This document shows, in pieces, positions 9,260-18,842 of a stretch of 64,000 nucleotides of DNA. The stretch's first letter is position 1, and each line of letters starts with the position of its first letter. The stretch lies in NCBI GenBank assembly GCA_028823955.1, contig JAPPFE010000020.1, positions 19,797 to 83,796 on the forward strand, in the 5' to 3' direction. A program made the position numbers and the translations under genes. The stretch is from Candidatus Dadabacteria bacterium (GTDB lineage: Bacteria; Desulfobacterota_D; UBA1144; Nemesobacterales; Nemesobacteraceae). The notes beneath the pieces were generated by a model. It was not told where the DNA came from, did no database searches, and saw only the letters and a program-made list of their open reading frames with translations.

Positions 9260-11926
9260 CTACCTGTTCTCAGTGGAATCTCCTTCGGGTTTCAGGATGG
9301 AAACCGCAGCTGTCTCAGGATTTATGTACTTCCTAGCCACCCTAGCTACGTCATCAGCCGTAACAGAAAGGATCTTCTCCGGGAACTTTCTGTATTCGTA
9401 AGTACCTATTCCGTAAAGTTCGTCAAATCCGACCGTGGACGCTTGGGCGGAGTTCCTCTGAAGCCCTATCTCGAAGCTGCCGACTATGTAGTTCTTCGCC
9501 CTCTCAAGCTCATGTTCCCCGATACCCTCCAAGGCAAGCTGGAGCTGTTCCTTTATCGCTCCGAGCGCCTCTTTTTCCTTCTGCGGAGCAGTTCCTATAT
9601 AGACGCCGAAATAGCCACCTTCCATCCCAGGAACGTAGAACGAGGTAACGGCATAGGCGAGGCTTTTCTTGTCCCGAAGCTCAATGAAGAGCCTTCCCCC
9701 CTGACCTGAGAGCACCGAATTCAGCACCTCGAACGCATAGCGGTCGCGACTTTTAAACCCCGGGGCGTGAAAACCCGCGATGATGTGGGTCTGGGCCTTG
9801 TCTCTCTCAAACTCGACGATTTCCCTCGCAGCAGAAAGCGCAGATTCGCGGGGCGGCCGGATCTTTTCGAAGACGCCCTGCTTCATGCTACCAAACAGTT
9901 TTTCAAGAAGGGCAGGGGTTTTCTCCGCATCAATATCACCCGCAACGGAAATAACCATGTTCTCGGGCCTTATGACTTTTTTGTAAAACTCCCGGACATC
10001 GGCTGAGGTAAATCCGTCTACGTTTTCCTCGGTTCCCAGAACGTTGAACCTGTAGGGGTGCTTGAGGAAAAGGGTCCTGAGAAAATTCCTGACCGCCTTT
10101 CCCGTGAGGTTATCCTTCTGTTTTTCCAAAGCGGCCAGGATTTCCCTTCTCTCTCTCTCCATTTCCTCATCGGAAAAAGAAGGATCAAGTATCACGTCTG
10201 AGAAAATATCCATTGCCCCTTCAAAGTTCTCACTTAAGGCTGAGAGAGTCACCCCAACGCTGTTTTTCCCAGAAAAGCCGTCGACCGTTCCCCCCAGCCC
10301 TTCTATCTGAGTGGCTATATCTTCTGCGGAGCGGCTCGAGGTACCACGGGTGAACATCCCGGACATGAAGTTCGAAATTCCGTTTGTGTTTTCGTCCTCA
10401 TATCCGAGACCGCCCAGGAAAGCCGCGTGAACGGAGAAAAGTGGAACGGCAGGGTTACGTTTCAAAAGAACCCGGATTCCGTTTGAAAGCTCGTATTTCT
10501 TAAATTCCGCCTGCGTTGAGGAAGCTTTTTTCTTTTCTTTTTCCTGAGTCGCTCCAGGAAAAACAAGGGCTTTCCTGAAGCCCTTCTCAACCCCCTTGGT
10601 TTTGTCTTTAGGAAGCAGCACTCCCGCGGTGAGGTTTTTCTGCTTGAAGTATTCTCTGGCCACCCGCAATATGTCTTCTGGGGTAACATTCCTCACCCTC
10701 TCAAGGTAGAGGCGTTCGTAGCCGTAATCTCCCGTTTCAAGCTCGAAGTAACCAAGCTTTCTCGCCTGTCCCTGCATGGTCTCCTTGGCGCGGATGAAGT
10801 CCCTCTCTATGTTAGTTTTGGCGCGGGCAAGCTCCTCGGCCCCGACGGGTTCGTTTTTTATAAGCTCTATCTCTGCCACTATCTCCTTTGAGGCTTTTTC
10901 CACTTTACCGGGATCAAAAACTCCGCCCACGAGGAAAAGACCGTTTTCCTTGAGGCTGTAGGCGTAGGCGTATATGTCGTTTACGGTGGCGTTTTGCTCC
11001 TTTAGTTTTCTGTAGAGCCTGGAGCTTTCCCCGGTACCGAGTATGCCGCTTATAACGTCAAGAACGGGAGTGTCAGCGTGGCTCGCCGAGGGGGTATGAA
11101 AGGCAAAGCTGAAGTAGCCCGTGTTTACGTCGCGGCCGATAACGAAAGTTCTTGTGCGTTTCTGCTCGGGTTCCGGGGGAAGTTTGCACTCAGGAGTTTT
11201 TCTTTTCTTTATTTTTCCGAAAGTCCGGGCAACCGCGTCCTTTATTCCCTCAGGATCAAAATCCCCGACCACAACAAGAATCATGTTGTCCGGAGAATAC
11301 CACTTTCTGTAGAAATCCAGTATTCCGTCTCTGGTGAAGCTCCCCACGCTCTGCTTGGTTCCTATTATGGGCCTTCCGTAGGGATGAACGCTGTAGGCCG
11401 TGGAGAAAAGCTTCTGGCTGATTACCCTTGAGGGAGAATCCTCTCCCCTTCTTATCTCTTCCTGGACAACTTCAAGCTCTTTCTCAAGCTCCGCGGGGTC
11501 AAAAGTCGAGTTCTCCATGACGTCTGAGAGCACATCGAGAGCCATAGGCAGAAAGCGCCGCGCGCTTACGATGTAGTAAACCGTCTCATCAAAGGAGGTA
11601 AACGCATTTATGTCTCCGCCTCCCGCCTCGACCATCCCGGCTATCTCGCCGACCCGTCTTCCTTCTGTCCCCTTGAAAAGCATGTGTTCGTGCACATGCG
11701 CGAGGCCGTACTCGCCCTCCACCTCGCATGCGCTTCCGGTCTTCACCCACACGTTAACGGCGACAACCGGAGAAGAATCGTTTCTCTCAAGAAGCACGGT
11801 CATGCCGTTAGAAAGACTATATTTCGTTACTCCTTCGACAACCGCAAAGGTCTGGGCATTTAAACTCATAAGACTTGCTCCCGTAATCAGAATGAATAAA
11901 AAAAGTAATTTGAAAACCCCTTTCAT
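9260..11926 (-). CDS. Secreted M16-family zinc metallopeptidase (insulinase/pitrilysin-like, duplicated M16 halves)
   Basis: 888 aa with signal peptide. Inverted zinc motif HVHEHMLFKGT (HXXEH) and downstream glutamates. A second inactive-type M16 half in the C-terminal 450 aa. Confidence 0.85.
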   Translation of the reverse strand: MKGVFKLLFLFILITGASLMSLNAQTFAVVEGVTKYSLSNGMTVLLERNDSSPVVAVNVWVKTGSACEVEGEYGLAHVHEHMLFKGTEGRRVGEIAGMVEAGGGDINAFTSFDETVYYIVSARRFLPMALDVLSDVMENSTFDPAELEKELEVVQEEIRRGEDSPSRVISQKLFSTAYSVHPYGRPIIGTKQSVGSFTRDGILDFYRKWYSPDNMILVVVGDFDPEGIKDAVARTFGKIKKRKTPECKLPPEPEQKRTRTFVIGRDVNTGYFSFAFHTPSASHADTPVLDVISGILGTGESSRLYRKLKEQNATVNDIYAYAYSLKENGLFLVGGVFDPGKVEKASKEIVAEIELIKNEPVGAEELARAKTNIERDFIRAKETMQGQARKLGYFELETGDYGYERLYLERVRNVTPEDILRVAREYFKQKNLTAGVLLPKDKTKGVEKGFRKALVFPGATQEKEKKKASSTQAEFKKYELSNGIRVLLKRNPAVPLFSVHAAFLGGLGYEDENTNGISNFMSGMFTRGTSSRSAEDIATQIEGLGGTVDGFSGKNSVGVTLSALSENFEGAMDIFSDVILDPSFSDEEMERERREILAALEKQKDNLTGKAVRNFLRTLFLKHPYRFNVLGTEENVDGFTSADVREFYKKVIRPENMVISVAGDIDAEKTPALLEKLFGSMKQGVFEKIRPPRESALSAAREIVEFERDKAQTHIIAGFHAPGFKSRDRYAFEVLNSVLSGQGGRLFIELRDKKSLAYAVTSFYVPGMEGGYFGVYIGTAPQKEKEALGAIKEQLQLALEGIGEHELERAKNYIVGSFEIGLQRNSAQASTVGFDELYGIGTYEYRKFPEKILSVTADDVARVARKYINPETAAVSILKPEGDSTENR

Positions 11927-11953
11927 CGACTCCAGCCTCCAGAGGGAAAACCC

Positions 11954-12787
11954 CTAGGACTCGTCGCTGGCCAAGGCTTCTGACTCTTTGTCCCGCGATG
12001 TAGCCTTCGCGGCCAGCTTCCAGGCACAACGTCCGAGCTCGAGGATAAAATAGCAGTAAGTTATAAGGACCGCGATCACTCCGGGATTGGTAATAAGCGC
12101 CGCAATTATTATGGAGCCCGCAACAAGAGTGCTGAAAGGTCCAAATCTGGCAATTCGCGGGAACTTTCTGTATGGAACCTCGCTAACCATAACAAGTCCC
12201 ACAACAGGAACGAAGAAAAGATAAAAAGATTTCATAAGTGGGGTAGCAACGATCTGAAACTCAGAGAGAAGGAGTATCGGAGAGAGAATAAGTCCCGCAG
12301 CCATAGGACTCGGAAGACCCGTGAACATGCGCTTTTCCTTGGTTGTAAACTGCACGTTAAAACGCGCAAGCCTAAGTGCTGCGCAGACCACGTAGAAAAG
12401 CATCGCCATCAGTCCCGGATTTCCATATTCCGAAAGCCCCCAAACGTAAAGAAGCACTGCCGGGGCGACCCCGAACGATACAAGATCGCAGAGCGAATCA
12501 TAGGACGCGCCAAAGCGGCTCTCCGAGTTAAGAGCTCTTGCTATTCTGCCGTCAAGCATGTCGACAAGTACCGCCATGCCGATAAATCCCGCTGCCCACC
12601 AGAAGCGATTAAAAAGCCATTCCTCAGAAACTACGGCTGAGGCACGGTCCCCGTGGATGGAAATCGAAGTCACTATGGACGCAAGCCCGAACGCAAGGCC
12701 CACGGTCGTGAGCATGCTCGGTAGCAGGGGGATAACCCTCCCCGGACGGGGATGTCTTCTCCTTCTTTTTTTTCTCAAGTTAGCCAC
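11954..12787 (-). CDS. pssA: CDP-diacylglycerol--serine O-phosphatidyltransferase (CDP-alcohol phosphatidyltransferase family)
   Basis: CDP-OH phosphotransferase motif region AVLVDMLDGRIARALNSESRFGASYDSLCDLVSFGVAPAVL. Operon partner of psd. Confidence 0.8.
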   Translation of the reverse strand: MANLRKKRRRRHPRPGRVIPLLPSMLTTVGLAFGLASIVTSISIHGDRASAVVSEEWLFNRFWWAAGFIGMAVLVDMLDGRIARALNSESRFGASYDSLCDLVSFGVAPAVLLYVWGLSEYGNPGLMAMLFYVVCAALRLARFNVQFTTKEKRMFTGLPSPMAAGLILSPILLLSEFQIVATPLMKSFYLFFVPVVGLVMVSEVPYRKFPRIARFGPFSTLVAGSIIIAALITNPGVIAVLITYCYFILELGRCAWKLAAKATSRDKESEALASDES

Positions 12788-13425
12788 GCTATAACCGTCC
12801 TGCCGCCCACGACTTTCTGCCCCACCTCAACTCCCACCTTCACATCCTCGGGCAGGTAAACATCCACCCTTGAACCAAACTTTATAATCCCGAATTTTTC
12901 CCCGATTTCCAATACGTCGCCGAATTTCGCACGCGATACGATTCTTCTCGCGAGAAAACCAGCCACCTGGACTATAACCACCTGGACTTCCCCCTCGCAC
13001 TCAATCAGGGTGACAAGCCGCTCGTTGGCCTCGGATGAATCACCCTTAAAAGCCATTTTGAATTCCCCGGGGTAATAAGTGGTTCCGACTACCTTACCCG
13101 AAACGGGAAATCTGTTTATATGGCAGTCGAAGATAGAGAGAAAAATGCTTATTCTTCGGGCGTTCCGCTTAAGATAATCGTCTTCAAGCGTCTCCGAAAT
13201 ATCTATTATTTTCCCGTCCGCGGGACAGATCACGGAACCGGGTTCAAGTGTAGGAAGTTCCCTTTCAGGATCCCTGAAGAAAAAGACGAAAAAAGCGGTG
13301 AGCAGAAGAAATACTAAAAATAAAGAGAGAGAACCCAGAAGCGCGAAGAGAATACATAGCGCGGCTGAAACGTAAATTATACTGAGCCCATCGCTTGCGA
13401 CCCTCACAAATCGGAAATCCATCAA
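12775..13425 (-). CDS. psd: Phosphatidylserine decarboxylase proenzyme (short archaeal-type Psd family)
   Basis: 216 aa. N-terminal TM helix then a PSD fold with the cleavage-site region [10 protein letters not shown] (the GS[T/R] motif). Start overlaps the ilvC stop (ATGA). Confidence 0.8.
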   Translation of the reverse strand: MMDFRFVRVASDGLSIIYVSAALCILFALLGSLSLFLVFLLLTAFFVFFFRDPERELPTLEPGSVICPADGKIIDISETLEDDYLKRNARRISIFLSIFDCHINRFPVSGKVVGTTYYPGEFKMAFKGDSSEANERLVTLIECEGEVQVVIVQVAGFLARRIVSRAKFGDVLEIGEKFGIIKFGSRVDVYLPEDVKVGVEVGQKVVGGRTVIAWLT

Positions 13426-14435
13426 TTCTTGTCTTTATCGACCAGTTTCTTCTGGAAAAGCGAGCTCATCATTCCCCTAAGCTCGGCGCCGACTTTTTCG
13501 ATCGGATGCTCTTCACCCTGCCTGAGAAGCGCGTTATAGGAAGGCCTTCCAGCCTGATTCTCAAGTATCCATTCCGAGGCGAACTGTCCGGACTGAATCT
13601 CCCCGATTATTTTTTTCATCTCCTGTTTTACGGAGTCGTCTATAAGCCTCGGGCCCCTAGTTATGTCTCCGTACTTGGCCGTATCGCTCACCGAGTAACG
13701 CATGTTAGCTATCCCGCCCTCGTATATGAGGTCAACTATAAGCTTGACTTCGTGGCAGCACTCGAAATAAGCCATCTCGGGCGGATAACCGGCTTCAACA
13801 AGCGTCTCGTATCCTGCCAAGATAAGGGCCGTGAGCCCTCCGCACAGAACTGACTGCTCCCCGAAAAGATCGGTTTCCGTCTCGTCCTTGAAAGTCGTCT
13901 CTATAACTCCCGCCCTTGAACATCCGATGGCTCTGGCGTAAGCAAGAGCAAGATCTTTAGCGTCGCCCGTCGAGTTCTGGTGAACAGCTATGAGTCCCGG
14001 CACACCAGCACCCCCAACATACTGGTCCCTTACCGTGTGCCCCGGGGCCTTGGGAGCGACCATGAACACGTCCACGCCCGCAGGCGGTCTGATCTGTCCG
14101 TAGTGAATATTAAAACCGTGACTGAACATAAGCGCGTTTCCGGCAACCAAGTTCTTTTCGACATGCTCATGGTATATCGCCGGCTGGTAAGTGTCTGGAG
14201 CCAGCATAACCACTATGTCCGCGGATTTGGAAGCGGCGGAAACCGACTTCACGTTAAAACCAGCTTCCTTGGCCTTTTTCCAGTTGGGACTGTCCTTAAT
14301 ATCTGCGACCGTGACCGAGACTCCGCTCTCTCTTAGATTCTGGGCATGGGCGTGACCCTGGCTTCCGTAGCCTATGATCGCAATCTTCTTCTTAAGCTTA
14401 GACGGGTCAATATCCTCATCGTAGTAAACTTTCAC
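13422..14435 (-). CDS. ilvC: Ketol-acid reductoisomerase (NADP+)
   Basis: 337 aa; [38 protein letters not shown] Rossmann N-terminus characteristic of class I KARI. Confidence 0.95.
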   Translation of the reverse strand: MKVYYDEDIDPSKLKKKIAIIGYGSQGHAHAQNLRESGVSVTVADIKDSPNWKKAKEAGFNVKSVSAASKSADIVVMLAPDTYQPAIYHEHVEKNLVAGNALMFSHGFNIHYGQIRPPAGVDVFMVAPKAPGHTVRDQYVGGAGVPGLIAVHQNSTGDAKDLALAYARAIGCSRAGVIETTFKDETETDLFGEQSVLCGGLTALILAGYETLVEAGYPPEMAYFECCHEVKLIVDLIYEGGIANMRYSVSDTAKYGDITRGPRLIDDSVKQEMKKIIGEIQSGQFASEWILENQAGRPSYNALLRQGEEHPIEKVGAELRGMMSSLFQKKLVDKDKN

Positions 14436-14450
14436 CGGTTATATCCTCCT

Positions 14451-14945
14451 TTACTTGCTCTTCTTATTCGCCCGGGACATGGCGACGGTTCCCGTTCTCG
14501 CGATTTCCTTTATCCCGAAGGGTCGTTGAAGTTCAACAAACGCCTGAATCTTCTGTTCATCCCCGGTAACCTCGAACGTGTAGGATCTTGGAGACACATC
14601 GACGACCTTGGCCCGGAATATGTCGGCAATCCGCAGAATTTCCGGCTTGGAATCGACCTTCGCATCGACCTTGATGAGAATCATCTCTCTTTCCACGCGG
14701 TCAAGTTCGGTCATGTCAACAACCTTGATCACATTGACCATGTTGTTGAACCTTTTTATTATCTGCTGAATTATGGCTTCGTCGCCGGTTGTGACCAGAG
14801 TTATTCTGGACGTCCCCGGTTCCTGAGTTTCCGCGACATTAAGACTCTCTATGTTAAAATCCCTGGCGCTGAAAAGCCCCGCGATTCTTGAGAGTACTCC
14901 GGCTTCATTATCTACCGTTATTGATATCGTGTGTCTCGATTTCAT
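14451..14945 (-). CDS. ilvH: Acetolactate synthase small (regulatory) subunit
   Basis: 164 aa; ACT-domain N-terminus HTISITVDNEAGVLSRIAGLFSARDFNIESL. Confidence 0.9.
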   Translation of the reverse strand: MKSRHTISITVDNEAGVLSRIAGLFSARDFNIESLNVAETQEPGTSRITLVTTGDEAIIQQIIKRFNNMVNVIKVVDMTELDRVEREMILIKVDAKVDSKPEILRIADIFRAKVVDVSPRSYTFEVTGDEQKIQAFVELQRPFGIKEIARTGTVAMSRANKKSK

Positions 14946-15039
14946 GGAACCTCCAAAGTGGTGAAAAATTGTCAGGAAAACGCAATTATACCGAATCCCC
15001 GAGAAATGTTAATACCCACCAGCCAACCACCAAATCTCC

Positions 15040-15360
15040 TCAGCCCCCGGCGTCTTCCTTAAGAATTTCCCCCAGCTCCCCATTTACATGCATGTCGGTA
15101 CATATATCGCATCCGCCTATGAAATTGCCGTTAACGTAGAGCTGCGGAAGGGTTGGCCACTGCGAGTAGTCCTTTATCCCTTGGCGGATCTTCGGATCCA
15201 AAAGAACATCGACGGTCTCGTAATCCACCCCGTAGTAGTTGAGAATGTTCACCACCTGCGCCGAAAAACCACACTGCGGCATCTCTTTTGACCCCTTCAT
15301 GTAAAGGATAATAGGGTTCTCTTCGATCTGACGCCCTATTTTTTTCTGTATATCCGACAT
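15040..15360 (-). CDS. grxD: Monothiol glutaredoxin (Grx4/GrxD family)
   Basis: 106 aa with the CGFS active site (KGSKEMPQCGFSAQ). Confidence 0.9.
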   Translation of the reverse strand: MSDIQKKIGRQIEENPIILYMKGSKEMPQCGFSAQVVNILNYYGVDYETVDVLLDPKIRQGIKDYSQWPTLPQLYVNGNFIGGCDICTDMHVNGELGEILKEDAGG

Positions 15361-15371
15361 TGCCTCGCTCC

Positions 15372-15614
15372 TTACTTTTTAAGTTTCTCCCACTGATCGT
15401 CCGTGTAGGTTTTTATAGAGATGGCATGAATTTCGGATTCCATAGCGTCTCCAAGCGCCGCGTAAACAAGCTTGTGACGTTCAATAGACGGCTTGCCCCT
15501 GAACTGTTCGGATACGACGACTGCCTGAAAATGCGTTCCGTCCCCTTCAACCTCGACAAACGACGTTGAAATGCCCTGCTCTATCATCTCACGGATCCGC
15601 TGCGTTTCCATCAC
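15372..15614 (-). CDS. bolA: BolA family protein
   Basis: 80 aa. BolA-like motif FRGKPSIERHKLVYAAL. Conserved pairing with a monothiol glutaredoxin. Confidence 0.8.
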   Translation of the reverse strand: MMETQRIREMIEQGISTSFVEVEGDGTHFQAVVVSEQFRGKPSIERHKLVYAALGDAMESEIHAISIKTYTDDQWEKLKK

Positions 15615-15738
15615 AGCGGGGAATTATATACGCATATCAGTGCGTTTCCAAGAAAGGAGATCCAGAGCAAGCTGCCTTGCAAAAATCCCCGGCTGTCTTA
15701 TCCTTAATCTGTCCGGAAAAAGAGGTTCTAATACACAG

Positions 15739-16182
15739 ATGAAAGTAAAAGAGATAATGAACAGCCCAGTGGTCACCGCCAAGGAGAATGACTCGCTTGA
15801 GCAGTGCGCGCGCAAGATGCTTGAACTCAAAATTGCCCAACTTCCGGTGGTTAACAATGACGGAGTCCTCACAGGATTCGTAGCCGCAAGCGACTTTATC
15901 GCTAAAAAAACCACCGTCTCCTTCTCGAGAACCGAAATCCTCGAACTCTTCGGACAGTGGTTTGACCAGGGAGAAATTGAGAAGATATATGAGGATGCCG
16001 GGCGTATCATGGTGAAGGAAGTAATGAGCAGCCCTGTCATATCCGTCGGCCCGGACGCATCTGTAAAAGAGGTATTCGAAGAATTAGCCGGAACTGGAAT
16101 CCACAGCGTTGTCGTGGTCGAGGAGGAAAAACCCGTGGGGCTTGTCTCGGTATCCGATTTTCTGAAACTGATAGTAAGATAA
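15739..16182 (+). CDS. CBS-domain pair protein
   Basis: Two CBS repeats (IMNSPVVTAKENDSLEQCARKM..., VMSSPVISVGPDASVKEVFE...). Start set to ATG 15739, which has an upstream AGAGGT RBS. The longer ORF-track start at 15571 overlaps bolA. Confidence 0.75.
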   Translation: MKVKEIMNSPVVTAKENDSLEQCARKMLELKIAQLPVVNNDGVLTGFVAASDFIAKKTTVSFSRTEILELFGQWFDQGEIEKIYEDAGRIMVKEVMSSPVISVGPDASVKEVFEELAGTGIHSVVVVEEEKPVGLVSVSDFLKLIVR

Positions 16183-16207
16183 TCCGCCTTCGGCCCGCCG
16201 TGCCATC

Positions 16208-16576
16208 ATGAAAAACTTCGGAGTTTCAAAGGAGAAACAAACGGCACTCGAGCGGGAAATGAAGCGTCTTGGCATAAGGGAAGAAGATATCGAGGAAACT
16301 TTCACGAGATCTTCGGGACCCGGCGGACAGAACGTAAATAAGTTGGCCACTTGCGTTCACCTGCGACACCGTCCAAGCGGCATTACCGTGAAGGTTATGA
16401 GAGAGCGTTCCCAGGCGCTTAACAGATTCTTTGCGAGGAGAAGCCTCACCGAAAAAATCGCAACGCAGATCCACGGAGAAGACTCCGCTGAAAGAAAAAA
16501 AGCGCAGAAGATAATAAAACAGAAAAAAAGAAGAAAAAGAAAGACGGCGAAAAAGCTCGCCGGTAATACCCAATGA
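16208..16576 (+). CDS. arfB: Peptidyl-tRNA hydrolase ArfB (YaeJ-type ribosome rescue factor)
   Basis: 122 aa. GGQ motif (SSGPGGQNVNK) in a short RF-like domain, followed by a basic C-terminal tail (KKAQKIIKQKKRRKRKTAKK). Confidence 0.75.
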   Translation: MKNFGVSKEKQTALEREMKRLGIREEDIEETFTRSSGPGGQNVNKLATCVHLRHRPSGITVKVMRERSQALNRFFARRSLTEKIATQIHGEDSAERKKAQKIIKQKKRRKRKTAKKLAGNTQ

Positions 16577-16601
16577 TAAACCGCCAGTTGTCGAGTGGGC
16601 A

Positions 16602-17144
16602 ATGAAAAATACCCCTGATTCAAAGTGCAATGCCGGATTGCTCTGTCAATCATTGTGCTTAACGCTTCTTCTGCTGCTTTGCCCGGCGTCAGCAGAAGCC
16701 GAGACCCTGACCGGCAAGCCTTATGTAACAGACGGCGATACGGTCAAAGTTTCGGGGGAACGGATCAGACTCGAAGGAATTGACGCACCGGAAAGAAACC
16801 AGCGCTGCAAAGATGCCTCCGGAAAAAGCTATGACTGCGGCATTGTTTCAACCGCAGCTCTTAGAAACAAAATAGGGCGCAATTCCATTACGTGCGAGGG
16901 AACAAAGCGTGACCGCTACGGACGCTTTCTCGGGATCTGCTACTTAAACGAGATTGACTTAAACGGCTGGATGGTCCAAAACGGCTACGCTCTCGCTTAC
17001 AGGCGCTACTCGCGCCGTTACGTCTCTGCAGAGCAGGAGGCCCAGGAAAACAGCCGCGGTTTGTGGGCCGGGGAATTCGTCGTGCCTTGGAACTGGCGAA
17101 AAGGGGAACGGCTTACGAACAGTTCCCCACATCCCGGCAAGTAA
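16602..17144 (+). CDS. Secreted staphylococcal-nuclease-like (thermonuclease / SNase) protein
   Basis: Signal peptide. SNase-like blocks GDTVKVSGERIRLEGIDAPE, RDRYGRFLG and GLWAG. Confidence 0.8.
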   Translation: MKNTPDSKCNAGLLCQSLCLTLLLLLCPASAEAETLTGKPYVTDGDTVKVSGERIRLEGIDAPERNQRCKDASGKSYDCGIVSTAALRNKIGRNSITCEGTKRDRYGRFLGICYLNEIDLNGWMVQNGYALAYRRYSRRYVSAEQEAQENSRGLWAGEFVVPWNWRKGERLTNSSPHPGK

Positions 17145-17207
17145 GTCGGCAGCAAAATGTTGAAAAATCAGGAGTTCATGTCAATCCTAGCTGCATGGAA
17201 AACGAAC
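16985..17207. repeat. Direct repeat copy A (about 225 bp; nuclease 3' end + intergenic + start codon of downstream gene)
   Basis: Aligns by eye with 18612..18842. The core from GAAAACAGCCGCGG to CTGCATGGAAAA is about 96% identical (about 6 mismatches in 165 bp). The 5' part is conserved only at protein level. Confidence 0.8.
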
Positions 17208-17446
17208 ATCGATACAGGGTTGAGGCAAAGCTATTTGTCAGTCCGATACGGGTAGAGGGATTTGACCGGGCGGCACACTGTAACACTTGCCGGGGGGATC
17301 TCGGCACGGACGGCGTGGAACGGCAATCTCTCCAAAACCACCGTTTCTTGGCGGAACTTGACGAGACGGGGAAAGTTATCTCCGAGTGCTGCGAACTGTG
17401 CGCAATTGAGGTTTTTGACGATTTAGACGGCTTCTGTCACGAATAA
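17195..17446 (+). CDS. Small Cys-rich hypothetical protein (83 aa)
   Basis: ATG at 17195 lies inside repeat copy A and is the same MENE start used by the YeiH-family gene in copy B. Contains HCNTC and ECCELC...FCHE cysteine clusters. Coding status uncertain. Confidence 0.4.
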   Translation: MENEHRYRVEAKLFVSPIRVEGFDRAAHCNTCRGDLGTDGVERQSLQNHRFLAELDETGKVISECCELCAIEVFDDLDGFCHE

Positions 17447-17455
17447 GGAGGTGAT

Positions 17456-17848
17456 ATGAACATGAAAAAGATAATAATTACTGGAATCATCTTGTTTTCC
17501 GCAGTTTTTTCTTCCGTTTCTGCTTCTGCTGGTTCAAAAATAATTAAGGCAACAGATTACGGGGACAAGTGGCCTTTAACCGTTTCTAAAGCAACCTTGT
17601 CATGCCACGGGCCCGGCGCTGTTTACATCAGGGCCAATCCAGTACCCTTGCGCCCGCAGCAATACTACCCCGTGAACGGCCTAGCCAGCTCACAAGTATG
17701 GATTGACCGATACATTGGTAGAGGTAAAAAACTTAGTAACCTTGAAAATATTTGGGCATTTGACGAAAAAGAAATGGCAAAATGGGGTTATGAGGTCCGT
17801 ATCAGTATCGGTCCATTGATAGAGGACGGATTGGAACTCTGCAAATAA
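17456..17848 (+). CDS. Secreted hypothetical protein (130 aa)
   Basis: Clear signal peptide (MNMKKIIITGIILFSAVFSSVSASA) with an RBS (AAGGAGGTG) 6 nt upstream. Noticeably AT-richer than the flanking DNA. Confidence 0.5.
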   Translation: MNMKKIIITGIILFSAVFSSVSASAGSKIIKATDYGDKWPLTVSKATLSCHGPGAVYIRANPVPLRPQQYYPVNGLASSQVWIDRYIGRGKKLSNLENIWAFDEKEMAKWGYEVRISIGPLIEDGLELCK

Positions 17849-17983
17849 GAATCTCCCCTGGTGCTTGCGCCCGAGGACGAGGACGAGATTGCCGACGTGC
17901 TCCGGAGACTCCTCGATAAGGATCTGAGCGGCCCTTAGACATATCGAATATGTTAGACTGGTTGGTACTGGAGGCATAAGATC

Positions 17984-18361
17984 ATGAAGATTGAGATACT
18001 AGCCGGGGACTGGAAGTTTGCCGCTGTCAATAATGGGGTGCTACAGATGGTAGACTCAGAGGGGAAAGTGGTGAGGTTTACGAAAATAGCAAGCTTGGAA
18101 GTTGCAACAGAGGAAACCAAGCGAGAATGGAAACAGAAGGTAGGCTGGGGAGTTGGTGTCGGCTTAGTGACATTCGGAGTTGGAGGACTTGTCACGGCAC
18201 TAGCGGTTGGCAATAAAAAATTTGTGGAGTTCTTTTGCGAACTCCCCGACGGCAAAGGGGAGTTTATGGGAAAAACAGAGCAGAAAGGGTACCGAGAGCT
18301 GGTGAAACTTTGCCCCGAAGCTGCAGAAGCTGTCAAAAAGAAGCCGATTTGGGAAGAATAA
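17984..18361 (+). CDS. Hypothetical protein with one central TM/Gly-rich segment (125 aa)
   Basis: ORF in the AT-rich islet between the repeats. No recognised motif. Confidence 0.4.
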   Translation: MKIEILAGDWKFAAVNNGVLQMVDSEGKVVRFTKIASLEVATEETKREWKQKVGWGVGVGLVTFGVGGLVTALAVGNKKFVEFFCELPDGKGEFMGKTEQKGYRELVKLCPEAAEAVKKKPIWEE

Positions 18362-18611
18362 AAGAAGCAAGAGCCTTACACTAGCTGCTCGGTCAAACCG
18401 TCATCTTCTTAAAGCTTGTTACAAACCCATCTCACGCGGCCGAGGATTATCTCTTCCTTTCTGGTAAAGGGAGTAATGAAAGACAATGGCAAAAAAGAAT
18501 CAAGGTAGCAATAAATCTCCCCAAGTTAAGAATGGGAACTTATATACATAACTAGACAAACATAAGTAGTAATGTTGGTAATAAGCTTTGTTGAAGTTAT
18601 CAGACCGGTAT

Positions 18612-18782
18612 TACTGTAAAAGTTATGCGCTCGCTTACAAGCACTATTCGAAACGCTACGTTGCCCCAGAGAAAAATGTTCGCGAAAACAGCCGCGGTGT
18701 GTGGGCCGGGGAATTCGTCGTGCCTTGGAGCTGGCGAAAAGGGGAACGGCTTACGAACAGTTCTCTACATCCCGGCAAGTAA
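18612..18782 (+). pseudogene. Remnant 3' fragment of an SNase-like nuclease gene (paralogous to 16602..17144)
   Basis: Encodes ...YALAYKHYSKRYVAPEKNVRENSRGVWAGEFVVPWSWRKGERLTNSSLHPGK, homologous to the C-terminal 52 aa of the intact nuclease. It has no N-terminal catalytic part. Confidence 0.55.
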
Positions 18783-18842
18783 GTCGGCAGCAAAATGTTG
18801 AAAAATCAGGAGTTCATGTCAATCTTACCTGCATGGAAAATG
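18612..18842. repeat. Direct repeat copy B
   Basis: See copy A. Followed by the YeiH-family transporter instead of the small Cys-rich gene. Confidence 0.8.
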
